Origin: an uncultured Acidobacteriota bacterium
GTDB lineage: Bacteria > Actinomycetota > Acidimicrobiia > Spongiisociales > ZC4RG35
Reading direction: 5' to 3'
Assembly (NCBI GenBank): GCA_963746905.1
Contig: CAVVCY010000003.1
Coordinates: 484,419 to 548,418, forward strand
DNA: 64,000 nucleotides
This document shows positions 21,151 to 31,338 of the stretch, piece after piece. Positions within the stretch are counted from its first letter, which is position 1; the number at the start of each line of letters is the position of its first letter. The notes under the pieces were generated by a model. The model did not search any database, was not told the origin of the DNA, and was given only the letters and a program-made list of their open reading frames with translations. The translations under genes were made by a program, and so were the position numbers.

Positions 21151-22385
21151 AGCTTCACGACCACCACTTCCATCCGATGGGCTACGCCCAGATGAAGACC
21201 GGGCTCGACTTGATGGACTCGGCGGACCTCAACCAGGTGAAAGCTCGGGTCGCCGCCAGGGCCGAACAGACCTCGGGGGCGATCATCGGTCAACGACTGA
21301 ACGATGAGGGCCTCGCCGAGCTTCAGCTCCCCACAAGGACCGATCTGGATGAAGCCCTGCCCGACCGCCCGGTGGTCCTCTATCGCTACTGCGGACATAT
21401 CGCAATCGCCAACAGCGAGGCGCTACGACTCGCCGGGATCGACGCCAACACGCCGGACCCGCCCGGCGGGACCTTCGACCGGGACCGAACCGGTTTCCCA
21501 ACCGGGGTCCTGCGGGAAACCGCCCTGCTTGTGATCGGGAACGCCATCGCCCCACTCGCCGAAGCCCCCTCCGATGCAGATGTCCTCGAAGCGCTGCGAG
21601 GGCTCCTCGACTACGGCCTCGGATCCGTAACCGGGATGGTCTCGGCAACGGATCCGATTTGGTGCGGGGTCGGTGACGAGTTGGAGACCCTTTGCCGCAT
21701 GGCACCCGACCTTCCCCTCGACATCGACGTATACGTGATCACCGAAAGCCCGGCCGACCTGGTTTCCGCGGCCAAGCGCATTACTGAGGCAGACGGTCGT
21801 CTCAGTTTCTCCGGCTGGAAAGGTTTCGCCGACGGAAGTTTTGGCGGGCATACCGCTTCGATGTATGAGCCGTTCGCCGACAAGCCGAACGCCACCGGGA
21901 CCCTCCGTCTCTACCCCGGCCAGGCGTTGACCATGGCCGAGGCCTCCCTGGAGATCGGGGGTGGAGTTGCCCTCCATGCGATCGGCGACCGTGCCAACGA
22001 CGCCGTCCTCGATGTCTTCGAGAGCCTCACCCGTGACGGAACCGACCCGTCGTTGCTCCGAGTGGAGCATGCCTCCCTCCTCACCGAGTCCGCGATCGAG
22101 CGGATGGCCCGTCTCGGGGTCACTGCTTCGGTGCAGCCCGCCTTCCTCGGATCGGAGGCTTCCTGGCTCCACAAGCGGTTGGGCGAGGAGAGAATGCGAC
22201 GGGCTTATCCGTTCCGCACCCTGGAGGAAGCCGGAGTGCATCTGATCGGCGGCAGCGACTCACCCGTGGAGTTGCCGGATCCACAGTGCGGGATCAGGGC
22301 GGCGGTCAACCGACCTGGTTTCAACGCTGACGAGGCATTGACCACTGACCAGGCGGCCGCGCTCTTTGCCCCTCCGGCCCGCTGA
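21147..22385 (+). CDS. Amidohydrolase-family metal-dependent hydrolase (YtcJ-like / amidohydrolase 3)
   Basis: From the ATG at 21147, overlapping the IMPase stop: MKLHDHHFHP...; 412 aa; HxH start motif and C-terminal ...HLIGGSDSPV metal-ligand region. Confidence 0.75.
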   Translation: MKLHDHHFHPMGYAQMKTGLDLMDSADLNQVKARVAARAEQTSGAIIGQRLNDEGLAELQLPTRTDLDEALPDRPVVLYRYCGHIAIANSEALRLAGIDANTPDPPGGTFDRDRTGFPTGVLRETALLVIGNAIAPLAEAPSDADVLEALRGLLDYGLGSVTGMVSATDPIWCGVGDELETLCRMAPDLPLDIDVYVITESPADLVSAAKRITEADGRLSFSGWKGFADGSFGGHTASMYEPFADKPNATGTLRLYPGQALTMAEASLEIGGGVALHAIGDRANDAVLDVFESLTRDGTDPSLLRVEHASLLTESAIERMARLGVTASVQPAFLGSEASWLHKRLGEERMRRAYPFRTLEEAGVHLIGGSDSPVELPDPQCGIRAAVNRPGFNADEALTTDQAAALFAPPAR

Positions 22386-22429
22386 CGGCTTGGAGTGCAG
22401 GGGGCCCACTTCCACTACCGTCGCGGCCC

Positions 22430-24403
22430 ATGAGTGAACTGGATTTTGGCTTCGCGAGCGTTGACGTCGCCGCCGTTGAGAATGGCGTGGCCCGGACCCT
22501 CGACGAGGCACGCCAAATAGTCGACGAGGCTGTTGCACCCAAGGACGGCCGCACCTTCGAGAACACCCTGATGCCCCTGGATCGCATGTCCGACGTCATG
22601 GGAAGGGCGTTCACCCGCTATGTCTTCATGGGATATGTCCACCCCGACAAGGACGTCCGCGCTGCAGCCAAGGCCAGCGAGGAGGAGCTCAGCAATTTCG
22701 CGGTTGAGGTCATCTTCAGAGACGACCTCAACGCCGCGGTCAAGGAGTACGCGGCCACGGAAGAGGCCCAGAATCTCGAAGGGGAGCGAGCCCGTGGTCT
22801 CGAATTTGCCTTGCGTGACCTGCGTCTGGCGGGCCACGACCTACCGCCTGACGTCAGAGCCTCGGTCAAGGAGAAGACTCAGCGTCTGGTGGAGCTCGGA
22901 GTCCGATTCCAGAGCAACATCGACGAGTGGGACGACTGGATTCTCGTCGATCGGACGGATCTCGAAGGTCTGCCCGCCAGCTTTGCCGACGGGTTGGACA
23001 AGGACGAGGAGACCGGCAAGCTCAAAGTCACCCTCGCCTATCCCCACTTCATCCCGTTCGTGGAAAATGCCAAGCGGCGCGACCTGCGTGAGCAGCTCTC
23101 GTTCAAGTTCAACACTCAGGCCGTGGAAGCGAATCGGCCGATCCTCGAAGAGGCGCTGAGACTTCGTGACGAGATCGCCCAAGATTTCGACGTCAAGAGC
23201 TGGGCGCACTATCGGCTGGAAGACCGAATGGCGAAGAACCCTGAGCGGGTGGCGACCTTCTATGAGGAGCTGATCCCGCCCCTCACCGCTCAAGGTCGCA
23301 AGGACATCGCCGTGATGAGTGAGCTCCTCGAGGCCGAGACCGGGGAGACAAAGGTCCGGACGTGGGACTGGCGGTACTACGACACCCAACAGCGCAGGAC
23401 CGATTACGGGGTCGATCCGTTCGAGGTGGCGAGCTACTTCCCGATGGACGCCGTGCTCACCGGCATGTTCGACATGGTTCAGGAAGTGTTCGGACTGGAC
23501 TTCGTGGAGGTGGCCGACCCACAGGTATGGCATCCCGATGTCAGGCTTTACAGGATCCTCGACCACGACTCGGGTGAGGAACTGGCCCACTTCTACCTCG
23601 ACCTCTTCCCGCGTGAGGGCAAATACTCACACGCGGCAGAGTTTCCCCTGATCACCAGCCGGCGCGTAGAGGACGGGAGCTATCAGAACCCGGTCTGCGC
23701 CATGGTCGCCAATTTCACCAAGCCCACCGCCGACACACCGGCGCTGCTCCAGCACGGCGAGGTGGAGACCCTGTTCCACGAGTTCGGCCATGTCCTCCAC
23801 CAAAACCTGGGACGGACCGAGCTGGCTCGATTTTCAGGTACGAGTGTCGAGACCGACTTCGTGGAGGCGCCGAGTCAGATCATGCAGAACTGGGTCTGGA
23901 GGGCCGACGTTCTCAAGAAATTCGCCCGACATCACGAAACCGGTGAGCCGATCCCCGACACCTTGGTTGACCAGTTGGTGGCTGCCCGTCGTCTCAACAT
24001 CGCAGTTCATCAGCTGCGCCAGCTCAAGTACGGCTGGTTGGACCAGGCGATCCACGCCCCCGGGCCGGATAAGGACCTCGACGAGATCTCACGGCTGGCC
24101 TCCGACCTGAGCCTGCTCCCGATCCACGAGGGGACGTTCGATCTGGCCTCATTCGGCCATCTCATGGGCGGCTACGACGCCGCCTACTACAGCTACATGT
24201 GGGCCGAGGTGTTCGGCGACGACATGTTCGGGCGTTTCGAGCTGGAGGGGGTCACCAATCCGATCGTGGGCATGGCCTATCGCCGCGAGGTGTTGGAGAA
24301 GGGCGGCTCCGTCGATGCCGATCAGATGTTGGTCGGGTTTCTTGGTAGGGAGCCTGACAACAGCGCCTTCTTGCGTAAACTGGGGATCACGGGAACCGAC
24401 TGA
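22430..24403 (+). CDS. M3-family zinc metallopeptidase (peptidyl-dipeptidase Dcp / oligopeptidase A-like)
   Basis: 657 aa; HEFGHVLH zinc-binding motif and downstream ...FVEAPSQIMQNW typical of M3. Confidence 0.9.
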   Translation: MSELDFGFASVDVAAVENGVARTLDEARQIVDEAVAPKDGRTFENTLMPLDRMSDVMGRAFTRYVFMGYVHPDKDVRAAAKASEEELSNFAVEVIFRDDLNAAVKEYAATEEAQNLEGERARGLEFALRDLRLAGHDLPPDVRASVKEKTQRLVELGVRFQSNIDEWDDWILVDRTDLEGLPASFADGLDKDEETGKLKVTLAYPHFIPFVENAKRRDLREQLSFKFNTQAVEANRPILEEALRLRDEIAQDFDVKSWAHYRLEDRMAKNPERVATFYEELIPPLTAQGRKDIAVMSELLEAETGETKVRTWDWRYYDTQQRRTDYGVDPFEVASYFPMDAVLTGMFDMVQEVFGLDFVEVADPQVWHPDVRLYRILDHDSGEELAHFYLDLFPREGKYSHAAEFPLITSRRVEDGSYQNPVCAMVANFTKPTADTPALLQHGEVETLFHEFGHVLHQNLGRTELARFSGTSVETDFVEAPSQIMQNWVWRADVLKKFARHHETGEPIPDTLVDQLVAARRLNIAVHQLRQLKYGWLDQAIHAPGPDKDLDEISRLASDLSLLPIHEGTFDLASFGHLMGGYDAAYYSYMWAEVFGDDMFGRFELEGVTNPIVGMAYRREVLEKGGSVDADQMLVGFLGREPDNSAFLRKLGITGTD

Positions 24404-24576
24404 CCGGTCCGCAACGTCTTAATCACAGACAAACGGGGGAAACTGTTTACCTTCGTTTTAGGGCTGGGCAAGCAGAGTTGGGGACGACAAAGGGTCGTCG
24501 ATGACCCGCTTTTCCGAGAACCACCAAAGACATCACAACGTATTAATTGGAGAACCGGCCCGCTACCAGGAGGGCC

Positions 24577-24780
24577 ATGAACATGACAGACATCGTAAAA
24601 GGGGCAGCCATCAAGGGAGTGACCAGACCGTCACGGCGTTTCAGCACGGACCGCATCTGTTCCAAGCCCGGGTGCACCACCAAACTTTCGCAATACAACA
24701 AAGCCGAGTACTGCCACGCCCATGCGCCGGTCCGTTTCCCGCGGGTCCGGGGCAAGATCATGGACGAACAAGACGCCTGA
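24577..24780 (+). CDS. Small Cys/His-rich (zinc-ribbon-like) hypothetical protein, 67 aa
   Basis: MNMTDIVKGAAIKGVTRPSRRFSTDRICSKPGCTTKLSQYNKAEYCHAHAPVRF...; C-x4-C ... C-H-x-H pattern. AGGAGG Shine-Dalgarno at 24568-24573. It sits in a lower-GC about-170 bp intergenic region and is followed by a strong terminator. Confidence 0.45.
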   Translation: MNMTDIVKGAAIKGVTRPSRRFSTDRICSKPGCTTKLSQYNKAEYCHAHAPVRFPRVRGKIMDEQDA

Positions 24781-24834
24781 ACCACTCTGGCCGGGACAGG
24801 TCCTCTCCCCCTCCCAGTCCCAAGCCAGACAACC

Positions 24835-24872
24835 AGAGAGCCCCGGTTTCTACCGGGGCTCTCTTTTATTTG
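24835..24872 (+). terminator. Rho-independent terminator (12-bp GC-rich stem, T-tract)
   Basis: agagagccccgg-tttcta-ccggggctctct-tttattt. Confidence 0.8.
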
Positions 24873-24891
24873 ACTCGTGCTCGAACCTGGA

Positions 24892-25686
24892 TCAGGTGCC
24901 GCCGTCGGTCTGCAGGCGGAGATCGATGTCGTCGATCGTGGCCTGTTGTTGGGCCATCAGTTCCTTGAGCTGGCTGATCTTGTCTCGGACATCGTCATCT
25001 GATGCCGATTCTTCCGACTCCGGAGCCGCCTTAGACGGGGAAAGAAACAGGTTCGCCAGGTAGCCGGTGAAGGTGCCGAAGATGCCCACCCCGATGATGA
25101 TGATCACGGCGCCAAATAGCCGGCCTCCCCCTGTCACCGGAAACTGGTCGCCGTAGCCGACAGTCGAAATGGTGACGACGACATACCACAACGCATCGGA
25201 AGCCGAGGTGATGTTGGCTCCGGGCGCGTATTGCTCGAGGTAAAGGATCTCGAGACTCCCGAACTCGAGCACCAGGATGCCCATCAGCAGCAGGGTGAAG
25301 AGGGCGCTGCCGGCGCGGTCCTTGACCAGACCGCTGACGATCCTCCTGGTGCCATTGGCTCGTAGAAGCCGAATGACCCTGAACAGGCGGAATACCCGCA
25401 GAACTTTCGCCCCGTCGAATGGGAGGCTGGCGAGCAGGTCGGCCCAGCCGAACTGGCGAAAGAAATATTGGGACTTCGACTCCGCTGACAACAGTCGGTA
25501 GGTGAAATCACCCAAGAAGATGACGCTGAACAGCCCGTTCATGGTGTCCAGGACCGTGTCCAGGTTCGGGTCTTCAGCCAGGATCTTCAGAACGATGTTG
25601 ACTATGGACAGGATCGAGAGGATGCCGACGAAGATCTCGTACCCGGTGTTCTTGAGTTCTTCGCCCTGCACCTTCACGTCGTCCAT
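24892..25686 (-). CDS. Voltage-gated-type potassium channel (ion transport protein with TVGYGD selectivity filter)
   Basis: S4-like RVFRLFRVIRLLR, pore signature TISTVGYGDQ, inner helix with AVIIIIGVGIF, C-terminal coiled-coil tail. Confidence 0.8.
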   Translation of the reverse strand: MDDVKVQGEELKNTGYEIFVGILSILSIVNIVLKILAEDPNLDTVLDTMNGLFSVIFLGDFTYRLLSAESKSQYFFRQFGWADLLASLPFDGAKVLRVFRLFRVIRLLRANGTRRIVSGLVKDRAGSALFTLLLMGILVLEFGSLEILYLEQYAPGANITSASDALWYVVVTISTVGYGDQFPVTGGGRLFGAVIIIIGVGIFGTFTGYLANLFLSPSKAAPESEESASDDDVRDKISQLKELMAQQQATIDDIDLRLQTDGGT

Positions 25687-25799
25687 GTCCGTCCTCCTGT
25701 TTGGAGGATGGCGATTTCACGTCCGGATACCAAGGATCCGACGCAAGGAGCTCGTCGGGGCGGAATAAATCTCCCTTCGCCGCCGTACACTTCACCGAG

Positions 25800-26009
25800 A
25801 TGAAACAAGCCCTCCTTCAGGCTCCCGAGATCCACTGTGATCACTGCAAGATGAGCATCGAGGGTGCCGTGGGCGCCCTGGAAGGGGTTTCGTCCGTCGA
25901 GGTGGCTATCGCCGATGCGACGGTCGACGTCACCTACGACGACAACACCACCGACCTCGATGCGATCAAACACACCATCGAGGAGCAGGGTTACGCCGTC
26001 TTCGGCTGA
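25800..26009 (+). CDS. copZ: Heavy-metal-associated (HMA) domain copper chaperone, CopZ-like
   Basis: From the ATG at 25800: [35 protein letters not shown]...; ferredoxin-like HMA fold with a C-D-H-C metal-binding motif. It lies directly upstream of the P-type ATPase. Confidence 0.7.
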   Translation: MKQALLQAPEIHCDHCKMSIEGAVGALEGVSSVEVAIADATVDVTYDDNTTDLDAIKHTIEEQGYAVFG

Positions 26010-28182
26010 CACCCACGACAGGCACGCGGAGACCGTTCTCTTCGACGTCGACGGCATGACCTGCGCCACCTGCGCGGTGAGGATCGAACGTGTCCTCGGC
26101 CGTCAAGATGGGGTCGAGAATGCCTCGGTGAGCCTCGCCGGCGCCTCGGCTTTGGTCCGTGTCAACGAGAACGCCGACATCGAATCTCTCGCCACCGCGG
26201 TTGACAAGATCGGCTATCGCATCTCGCCACATGAATCGGGTGAGCACGGCCGCGACCTGATGGACCACTACCACGACAGCGAGGATCTCCAGTGGAGACG
26301 GTTCTGGATCGCCGCAGCATTGACCCTTCCCGCCGTGTTGCTTGCGATGTTTGGCCCGGAGACCTTCTGGAGCCGAGCCCTGCAGGGGATCCTGGTCACG
26401 CCCGTGGTGACCTGGAGTGGCTGGCAGTTCCACAGGGTGGCGATCAAACAGGCGCGCAACTTCAGCGCCAACATGGACACCCTGATTTCGCTGGGCTCAA
26501 TCACCGCCTACGTGTATTCGATTTGGGCCCTTTTCGCCGACCTCCCGGTCTTCTTTGAGATCTCCGGAGTCATCATCACGTTGATAACCCTCGGCCGGGC
26601 TTTCGAGGCGCGGGCCAAGGGACGCGCTTCGACGGCAGTCCATCAGTTGGTCGCGCTCGGTGCCAGGGAGGCACGGGTGATGGTCGATGGGGCGGAGCGG
26701 TCGGTGCCCATCGAGCAGGTGCTCCCCGGTGACCTGATGCTGGTCCTCCCCGGCGAGAAGATCCCGACCGACGGGGTCATCGAAACCGGCGCGTCATCGA
26801 TCGACGAGTCGATGCTCACCGGAGAATCCCTCCCGCTTGACAAGCAAGCCGGCGACCTCGTGTTCGGCGCAACCGTCAACCAGGAGGGGATGATCCAGGT
26901 CCGGGCCACCGCAGTTGGGGCGGGCACTGCCCTGGCCGGGATAGTGCGCATGGTCGAAGAGGCCCAAAACTCGAAAGCCCCGATCCAGCGGATGGCGGAC
27001 CGGGTCTCGTCGATCTTCGTGCCGGTGGTGATCCTGATCGCCATCGTCACGACCGGGGCCTGGCTCGCGTTGGGCAATGGCGTGCCCGAGTCGGTCCAGG
27101 CCGGAGTGGCGGTCCTGATCATTGCCTGCCCCTGCGCTCTGGGTCTGGCCACCCCGACCGCGATCATGGTCGGGAGCGGGCGGGGCGCCGAGCTCGGGAT
27201 CCTGTTCAAGCAGGCGGACGTTTTTGAGCGGACCCGGGACATCGACACCGTCCTGTTCGACAAGACGGGGACTCTGACCACCGGAGTGATGGATCTCGCA
27301 GATGTGGTCACCGATGACGTCGAAGCAGAGTTTCTACGCCTGGTGGCTTCGGTGGAGGCCGCTTCCGGACATCCGATCGGCAAGGCGGTCGCCCTCGGTG
27401 CGGACGAGCGACACATCGAGCTCGATACCCCCGACCGGACAGAAAGCCTCGCCGGGCTCGGAGTGGTCGGGTCCATCGACGGCCATGAGGTCGTGGTGGG
27501 CAGGGAGAAGCTGGTGGTCGACCGTGGCCTTCACGTGGCAGACCGATGGCTTGACTCGCTGGCCCGCTTCGAGGAGGAAGGAAAGACTGCCTTTCTCGCC
27601 GGATGGGACGGCGAGGTCAGAGGCGTGATCGCGGTTGCAGACATGGTGCGAGACGAGTCACAAGCCGCCGTGGCACGACTCGAGGCGGCCGGGATCTCAA
27701 TCCGCCTGGTGACCGGCGACAACCAGCGCACAGCAACCCGCATCGCCAAGCAGGTCGGGATCATGGATCTCGAGGCTGAGGTGATGCCCGGTGAGAAAGT
27801 CGAACTGGTCCGAAGAATCCAGGCTCGAGGCCGCCAGGTCGCATTTGTCGGAGATGGGATCAACGATGCCCCGGCCCTCACCCAGGCCGATCTGGGGATG
27901 GCGGTCGGGTCCGGCACTGAGGTCGCCCTGGAGGCGGGAGATGTCATCCTCCTCAATGGTGACCCCCGCCTGGTGCCCACGGCTATCGACCTGGCAAACG
28001 CCACGTTCCGGACCATTCGCCAGAACCTATTCTGGGCCTTCGGCTACAACGTCGCCGCAATACCCCTGGCCGCTGCCGGCCTGCTCGACCCCATGATCGC
28101 CGCGGCGGCGATGGCGTTCTCCTCGTTGTCAGTCGTCTTGAACGCCCTCCGTTTGAAGAGATTCGCTCCCGATTGGCCGTGA
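25960..28182 (+). CDS. copA: Copper-translocating P1B-type ATPase (CopA)
   Basis: N-terminal HMA ([21 protein letters not shown]), CPC in TM6 ([13 protein letters not shown]), DKTGTLT phosphorylation site, GDGINDAP hinge. Start is uncertain: the first in-frame ATG that keeps the HMA beta1 strand is 25960, overlapping the copZ 3' end. Confidence 0.85.
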   Translation: MRSNTPSRSRVTPSSADTHDRHAETVLFDVDGMTCATCAVRIERVLGRQDGVENASVSLAGASALVRVNENADIESLATAVDKIGYRISPHESGEHGRDLMDHYHDSEDLQWRRFWIAAALTLPAVLLAMFGPETFWSRALQGILVTPVVTWSGWQFHRVAIKQARNFSANMDTLISLGSITAYVYSIWALFADLPVFFEISGVIITLITLGRAFEARAKGRASTAVHQLVALGAREARVMVDGAERSVPIEQVLPGDLMLVLPGEKIPTDGVIETGASSIDESMLTGESLPLDKQAGDLVFGATVNQEGMIQVRATAVGAGTALAGIVRMVEEAQNSKAPIQRMADRVSSIFVPVVILIAIVTTGAWLALGNGVPESVQAGVAVLIIACPCALGLATPTAIMVGSGRGAELGILFKQADVFERTRDIDTVLFDKTGTLTTGVMDLADVVTDDVEAEFLRLVASVEAASGHPIGKAVALGADERHIELDTPDRTESLAGLGVVGSIDGHEVVVGREKLVVDRGLHVADRWLDSLARFEEEGKTAFLAGWDGEVRGVIAVADMVRDESQAAVARLEAAGISIRLVTGDNQRTATRIAKQVGIMDLEAEVMPGEKVELVRRIQARGRQVAFVGDGINDAPALTQADLGMAVGSGTEVALEAGDVILLNGDPRLVPTAIDLANATFRTIRQNLFWAFGYNVAAIPLAAAGLLDPMIAAAAMAFSSLSVVLNALRLKRFAPDWP

Positions 28183-28217
28183 CAAAACTATCCGGAGACG
28201 ACGTGTAGGTTGTTCGG

Positions 28218-29039
28218 ATGGCCTCGTTGCAATGGCTAGACAGACCGATCCTCCAGGACCCGGTCGCGCTCATTGCCTTCGAGGGTTGGGGTGACGCCGG
28301 CGAGTCGGCCAGCCATGCAGCGACCGAGTTCCTCACCAAACTCGACGCCCAGATCTTCGCCATCATCGACCCCGACGACCACTTCGACTTCCAGGTGCGG
28401 CGACCGATCGTCGAGCTTGACTCCACCGGGATCCGTTCGATCACCTGGCCCCGCAACGAGATGTATGCGGTGCGAGGAGGGGAGCGTGACCTTGTGATCG
28501 TGCTTGGTGAAGAGCCTCACTATCGCTGGAAGGCGTTCACCAATGACCTTGTTGATACTCTGCGCGCCGTCGGGGTCACGCGGGCGGTGACCATGGGAGC
28601 CTTCATCGGCCAGGTGGCCCACACTCTTCCAGTGCCACTGGTGGGCTCGGCCAACCGTCCGGATGACCTCACCTTCCACGGGCTACTCCCGTCGGGCTAC
28701 GAAGGGCCGACCGGGATCCTGGGCGTCCTCAACCACGCCCTCGGCAATGCGGGCATCGATGTGATCTCGGTTTGGGCGGCGGTGCCTCACTACCTGTCGA
28801 ATCAGGAGTACCCGCCTGCGGCCGAGGCTCTCGCGATCAAGGCATCGGAACTGGTAGGGGTCACCCTTGACATCGACGAGTTGGCAACCGCCTCGCGCAC
28901 CTTCCTCTCCACGGTGGACGCCGCCATCGAAGGCAATACCGAATTGGAGGAGTATGTCGAGCGGCTGGAGCAAGAAGCCGACGACGACGAGGGCGACCAC
29001 CTCGTCGACGAGATCGAGCGCTACCTGAAAGGCCAGTAG
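28218..29039 (+). CDS. PAC2-family protein (proteasome-assembly-chaperone-2-like, actinobacterial)
   Basis: 273 aa; N-terminal ...LIAFEGWGDAGESASHAATEFL... and an acidic C-terminal tail typical of actinobacterial PAC2 proteins. Confidence 0.7.
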   Translation: MASLQWLDRPILQDPVALIAFEGWGDAGESASHAATEFLTKLDAQIFAIIDPDDHFDFQVRRPIVELDSTGIRSITWPRNEMYAVRGGERDLVIVLGEEPHYRWKAFTNDLVDTLRAVGVTRAVTMGAFIGQVAHTLPVPLVGSANRPDDLTFHGLLPSGYEGPTGILGVLNHALGNAGIDVISVWAAVPHYLSNQEYPPAAEALAIKASELVGVTLDIDELATASRTFLSTVDAAIEGNTELEEYVERLEQEADDDEGDHLVDEIERYLKGQ

Positions 29040-29123
29040 CGGCTTTCTCTGTTCGCCCGACGCCGTATATGGCGTCACGTACCTGAGGTACGTTGCGCCA
29101 CATCTGGCGCAACCGCCGCAAAG

Positions 29124-29150
29124 AAAGGACCGGGCGCCGCCCGGTCCTTT
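29124..29150 (-). terminator. Terminator hairpin downstream of bS22 (possibly bidirectional)
   Basis: aaaggaccggg-cgccg-cccggtccttt; on the minus transcript the stem is followed by UCUUUG. Confidence 0.65.
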
Positions 29151-29157
29151 CAAGAAG

Positions 29158-29247
29158 TCACTTCCGCTTGTGGCGATTGGCCTTCAGACGCTTGCGGTAC
29201 TTGTGCTTCGACATCTTCTTACGACGCTTCTTTACCAACGATCCCAT
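29158..29247 (-). CDS. 30S ribosomal protein bS22 (29-aa basic mini-protein)
   Basis: Minus-strand ATG at 29247 gives MGSLVKKRRKKMSKHKYRKRLKANRHKRK*. This matches the actinobacterial bS22 family (MGSVIKKRRKRM...). It is too short for the ORF track. A GC-rich terminator hairpin lies immediately downstream. Confidence 0.7.
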   Translation of the reverse strand: MGSLVKKRRKKMSKHKYRKRLKANRHKRK

Positions 29248-29340
29248 GCAAAAACCTCACGGAGAAGGGGACGACGGGTGAATGGTCGCGTGATACGGCA
29301 ACTAGGTCAAACCGGAGTCGGCATTAAGGAAGCTCTCGAA

Positions 29341-30801
29341 CTACCAGCTGGTGTGGCCCATAGCGACGGCTGCCACATCCCGGATCCGAAAATCCCGGGC
29401 CCGACGCTTCTCTGCCATCTCCAGGTTGCCTTCGGGCACATACATCCTGAGGCCGCGGGGGTGGGTCTCAAACTTCAAGGGTGTTGAAGCTTGAAGAGCC
29501 TCACCATCGACACCCACGAATGCGGAGCCGGAATGAGACCGCACCTCGAATTCGGCAGCTGTGAACTCATGCCAGTGGGGGCTGGTCTTCCGCAAGCCGA
29601 TCGCGGACATGGTGAGGAGATGGGCAGCCTGTGCCGCCGTTCTGGTGGAGACTGCGAACACCCCGAGAACGCCCGCGTCCATCTGTCGGCGTTGCGCGAC
29701 GTCACGTTTCATGCCGAGTACGTACTGGTTGTTCGAGACCATGATCAGAAAGGCGTCCTTGATGTCCAATCCATCAGGCGTCGAGTACTGGAGATCGAAG
29801 CCTTCTCCCTGGTGGCCGAGGAGCTCGGCTGCCATGGACATGCTCACCTCGCTCTTGTTGTCCCGGTAGTCCTCGGATTGGACGATCGTCGCGTAGATAC
29901 CTAGTGAGACGTTGTTGACGAACAGCCGGTCGTTGACCGTGGCAAAGTCCACCCTCCGTTCCACCCTGTCTTGGAAGGCCCGCATGCTCGCCCGCGGATC
30001 GTCGCGATCGAGACCAAGGTCGAGCGCGAAGTGGTTGCGGGTCCCTGCTGACACACAAACGAAGGGCAAGTCGTGCTCAATGGCGATCGACGCGACCAGC
30101 GCCTGGGAGCCATCCCCACCGGCCATTCCCAAGCAGTCGGCGCCGCGGGCGACGGCGTCCAATGCAAGCTCCTCGAGGTCGAGACCGCGCTCCAGCATCA
30201 CCGTCTCAACACCTAGCTCCTTGGCCAATCCGACCAATCCGAAGCTCTCTACCTTCCCCCCTCCCGACCACGGATTGCACAGAAGCACAGAATGATTCAG
30301 ACCACGGGAATGATGTGGTGCCTGACCCTTGGCCGTCTTCGGCACCGACCGGGTCACCGAATAACGAGCCATCATCATGGTCAGCGAGAGACCCCCCAAC
30401 ACGACGACCAGTCGCAGGATGAACTGCTCAGGACGGTGGTAGGTGACCATGAAGGCAGCGACGATCAAGACGGCTCCCAGTGCGCTGCCCACTCCACCAA
30501 GAATCCGCCTCAGCCCGGTCTCGGTGATCATCCACCATGCTGCGCCAACCATGATTGCCAGACCGGGCAAGCCGAAGGCCATGCTCGGTAGATTCCGATA
30601 CAGCGCCAGGACCAACACCGCAGTGACGACCAACAACAGCGGGAGAAAGGCAATGGCTGCTATTCGTTGCTTGGCGCCTGGCCGCTCCACAAAAATGGAG
30701 AATACGCGACTATCCGGATGCGGGGCGGGGCGACCTGACGGCGACGCTGCCATCATGCGTCGGATATGGGCCGCCAGCCGAAAGCCTTGGGCTTCCTTCA
30801 C
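29341..30801 (-). CDS. Diacylglycerol-kinase-catalytic-domain lipid kinase with N-terminal membrane domain
   Basis: N-terminal TM helices, then the DAGK_cat region with GMAGGDGS (GGDG ATP-binding motif). The start may be an internal Met (MMAASPSG). Confidence 0.75.
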   Translation of the reverse strand: MKEAQGFRLAAHIRRMMAASPSGRPAPHPDSRVFSIFVERPGAKQRIAAIAFLPLLLVVTAVLVLALYRNLPSMAFGLPGLAIMVGAAWWMITETGLRRILGGVGSALGAVLIVAAFMVTYHRPEQFILRLVVVLGGLSLTMMMARYSVTRSVPKTAKGQAPHHSRGLNHSVLLCNPWSGGGKVESFGLVGLAKELGVETVMLERGLDLEELALDAVARGADCLGMAGGDGSQALVASIAIEHDLPFVCVSAGTRNHFALDLGLDRDDPRASMRAFQDRVERRVDFATVNDRLFVNNVSLGIYATIVQSEDYRDNKSEVSMSMAAELLGHQGEGFDLQYSTPDGLDIKDAFLIMVSNNQYVLGMKRDVAQRRQMDAGVLGVFAVSTRTAAQAAHLLTMSAIGLRKTSPHWHEFTAAEFEVRSHSGSAFVGVDGEALQASTPLKFETHPRGLRMYVPEGNLEMAEKRRARDFRIRDVAAVAMGHTSW

Positions 30802-31338
30802 GAACTCGACGAGTCGGTCTTCAGACAGATTGCCGATTGGAAGTCGCCCATCCTCGATCGGACCCTCCCTGACCTATCCGAGACCGCCAGCTACTCCCGA
30901 ATCTGGATCGTTGCCTCTCTGGGACTCGCCGCCTTCGGCGGGCCAAAGGGCAGGCGCAGTGCCGTCCTGGGTATGGCTGCGATAGGCGCGACGTCCGCCC
31001 TGACCAATATCGCGCTCAAGGGAGTGGCGAAGCGACGACGCCCGGTGAGTGAGGTTCCTGAGGCGCGACGTCTCGTCCACCCGGAATCCACGTCCTTTCC
31101 TTCCGGTCACACCGCCTCGGCCGCAGCATTCTCGGGAGTGGTCGGGCAGGAGATACCGGGTCTGTGGTTGCCCTTGAATGCATTGGCAGGCCTCGTCGGC
31201 TTCTCGCGGATCTACACCGGTGTTCACTATCCGGGCGACGTCCTGGCCGGGTGGCTCGTAGGCAAGTCAGTTGCCGGGATGGTCCGCTGGGTGGCCCAGC
31301 GGTTCAAGCGCCGCCAGCCCGCAACAAGCCAACAGTGA
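30766..31338 (+). CDS. PAP2-family phosphatase (phosphatidic acid / undecaprenyl-diphosphate phosphatase-like)
   Basis: KxxxxxxRP (KGVAKRRRP), PSGH (SFPSGHTAS) and SRxxxxxHxxxD (SRIYTGVHYPGD) acid-phosphatase motifs. Confidence 0.8.
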   Translation: MGRQPKALGFLHELDESVFRQIADWKSPILDRTLPDLSETASYSRIWIVASLGLAAFGGPKGRRSAVLGMAAIGATSALTNIALKGVAKRRRPVSEVPEARRLVHPESTSFPSGHTASAAAFSGVVGQEIPGLWLPLNALAGLVGFSRIYTGVHYPGDVLAGWLVGKSVAGMVRWVAQRFKRRQPATSQQ

